From NCBI RefSeq assembly GCF_022045235.1, contig NW_027266319.1, positions 27,404,001 to 27,468,000 on the forward strand: a stretch of DNA of 64,000 nt, read 5' to 3'. The notes beneath the pieces were generated by a model. It ran no database searches. It worked only from the letters and a program-made list of their open reading frames with translations, and was not told the origin of the DNA. Numbering within the stretch: the stretch's first letter is position 1; the number at the start of each line of letters is the position of its first letter. This stretch comes from Haliotis cracherodii (taxonomy: Eukaryota). The translations under genes and the position numbers were made by a program. Shown piece after piece: positions 63,051-64,000 of this stretch.

Positions 63051-63261
63051 ACAATCAACTGTATTCACTGGCCGAACTCCTGTTATCGAATGATACCTAG
63101 AGGTAAACGTCTGAGATCTGCATCAGTTCAGGCTATCCTCACGCATTAAGCTGACGCACCGTGAAATAAGTCGAATACTACCAAAAACAGCGTTAAGCTA
63201 AACTCTCTGACTCACTCATTGTTGTCTTGTTACATACGATAAATCTATGTGAAACACTACG

Positions 63262-63795
63262 ACTGTCTACTGCTGTGTCTACTGTTCTGTCCAGCGCTAT
63301 GTCTATTGCTGTCTACTGCCATATCTACTGCTTTGTTAAAGCTATGTCTACTTATGTGTCTACTTATGTCTACTGCAGTGTCTGCTGCTTTGTCTACTGC
63401 TATGTCTGCTGCTGTCTACTGCCGATATATCCACTGCTATGTCTACTGCTACCTGCTGTCTACTGCAATGTCTACTGGTGTGTTTACTGCTATGTCTACT
63501 GCTATATCTACTGTTACGTCTACTGCTATGTCTAATGTTGCCTATTGCTCTGTCTACAGCTGTGTCTACTGCTGTCTTCTGTAATGTCTACCGCTTTGTA
63601 TACCGCTGTCTACCGATATAGCTGCTGCTATGTCTACTGCCGCCTGCTATCTACTGTTATGTCTACTGCTGTCTACTATGTCTTCTGCTATATATATATA
63701 TATATACTATTTCTGCTGCTGTGTCTACTGCTGTGTCTGCTGCTGTTTCTACTGCTATGTCTACAGTTGTGTCTACCGCTGTCTACTACCTATGT
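63262..63795. repeat. 12-bp degenerate minisatellite GTCTACTGCTAT
   Basis: Direct periodicity; preceded by a family C fragment at 63100-63218. Confidence 0.95.
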
Positions 63796-64000
63796 ATCCG
63801 TCTAGGTAACACTAGTATCGTAGTATCAGGAGATCTGTTGTTTGAAGTCAAATTTCACTAATCTGTTTTGAAGCTTTGGGCGATAGGGAGTCTGCCAAGG
63901 CAGTATTACAGAATAACACATAGACTCCGTTCCACAAAGCGATCGTAAGTGATCGTAACATGAGGTGTTCATAATTTAACATCGACTTACGACTGTGGTA

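Noticed and set aside
63227-63805. Cys/Tyr-rich and Ser/Thr/Ala-rich ORFs
   Set aside because: Translations of a 12-bp minisatellite.

Overview
This is eukaryotic, repeat-rich genomic DNA from a mollusc. The SINE families and (ACTC)n tails suggest an abalone-like gastropod, but that assignment is an inference. There are three N-gaps and no long genuine ORF: the long ORFs in the track are minisatellite artefacts. The window looks like the 5' region and first introns of a large + strand gene, with up to three short candidate alternative first coding exons (12010-12040, 35034-35103, 58026-58134) that all end in phase 1. Four interspersed SINE-like families share one 3' tail: A (tRNA-Asp-like head), B (no tRNA head), C (tRNA-Leu-like head, V-SINE/RUDI-like) and D (Meta-SINE-like). 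Also present are a CORE-SINE, a decayed full-length Tc1, a mariner fragment, Academ-type MITEs with 9-bp TSDs, other MITEs, a LINE remnant and many minisatellites. Three observations stand out: (1) family B has no Pol III head and instead starts with a ~65-nt putative four-helix/kissing-loop RNA fold that shows compensatory changes between copies, a candidate new ribozyme or promoter module; (2) a minimal hammerhead ribozyme in a Penelope-type pLTR, with a decayed homolog inserted as a 156-bp TSD-flanked unit; (3) the phase-matched alternative N-terminal exons. All structures and counts were derived by eye; no folding program or database search was run.
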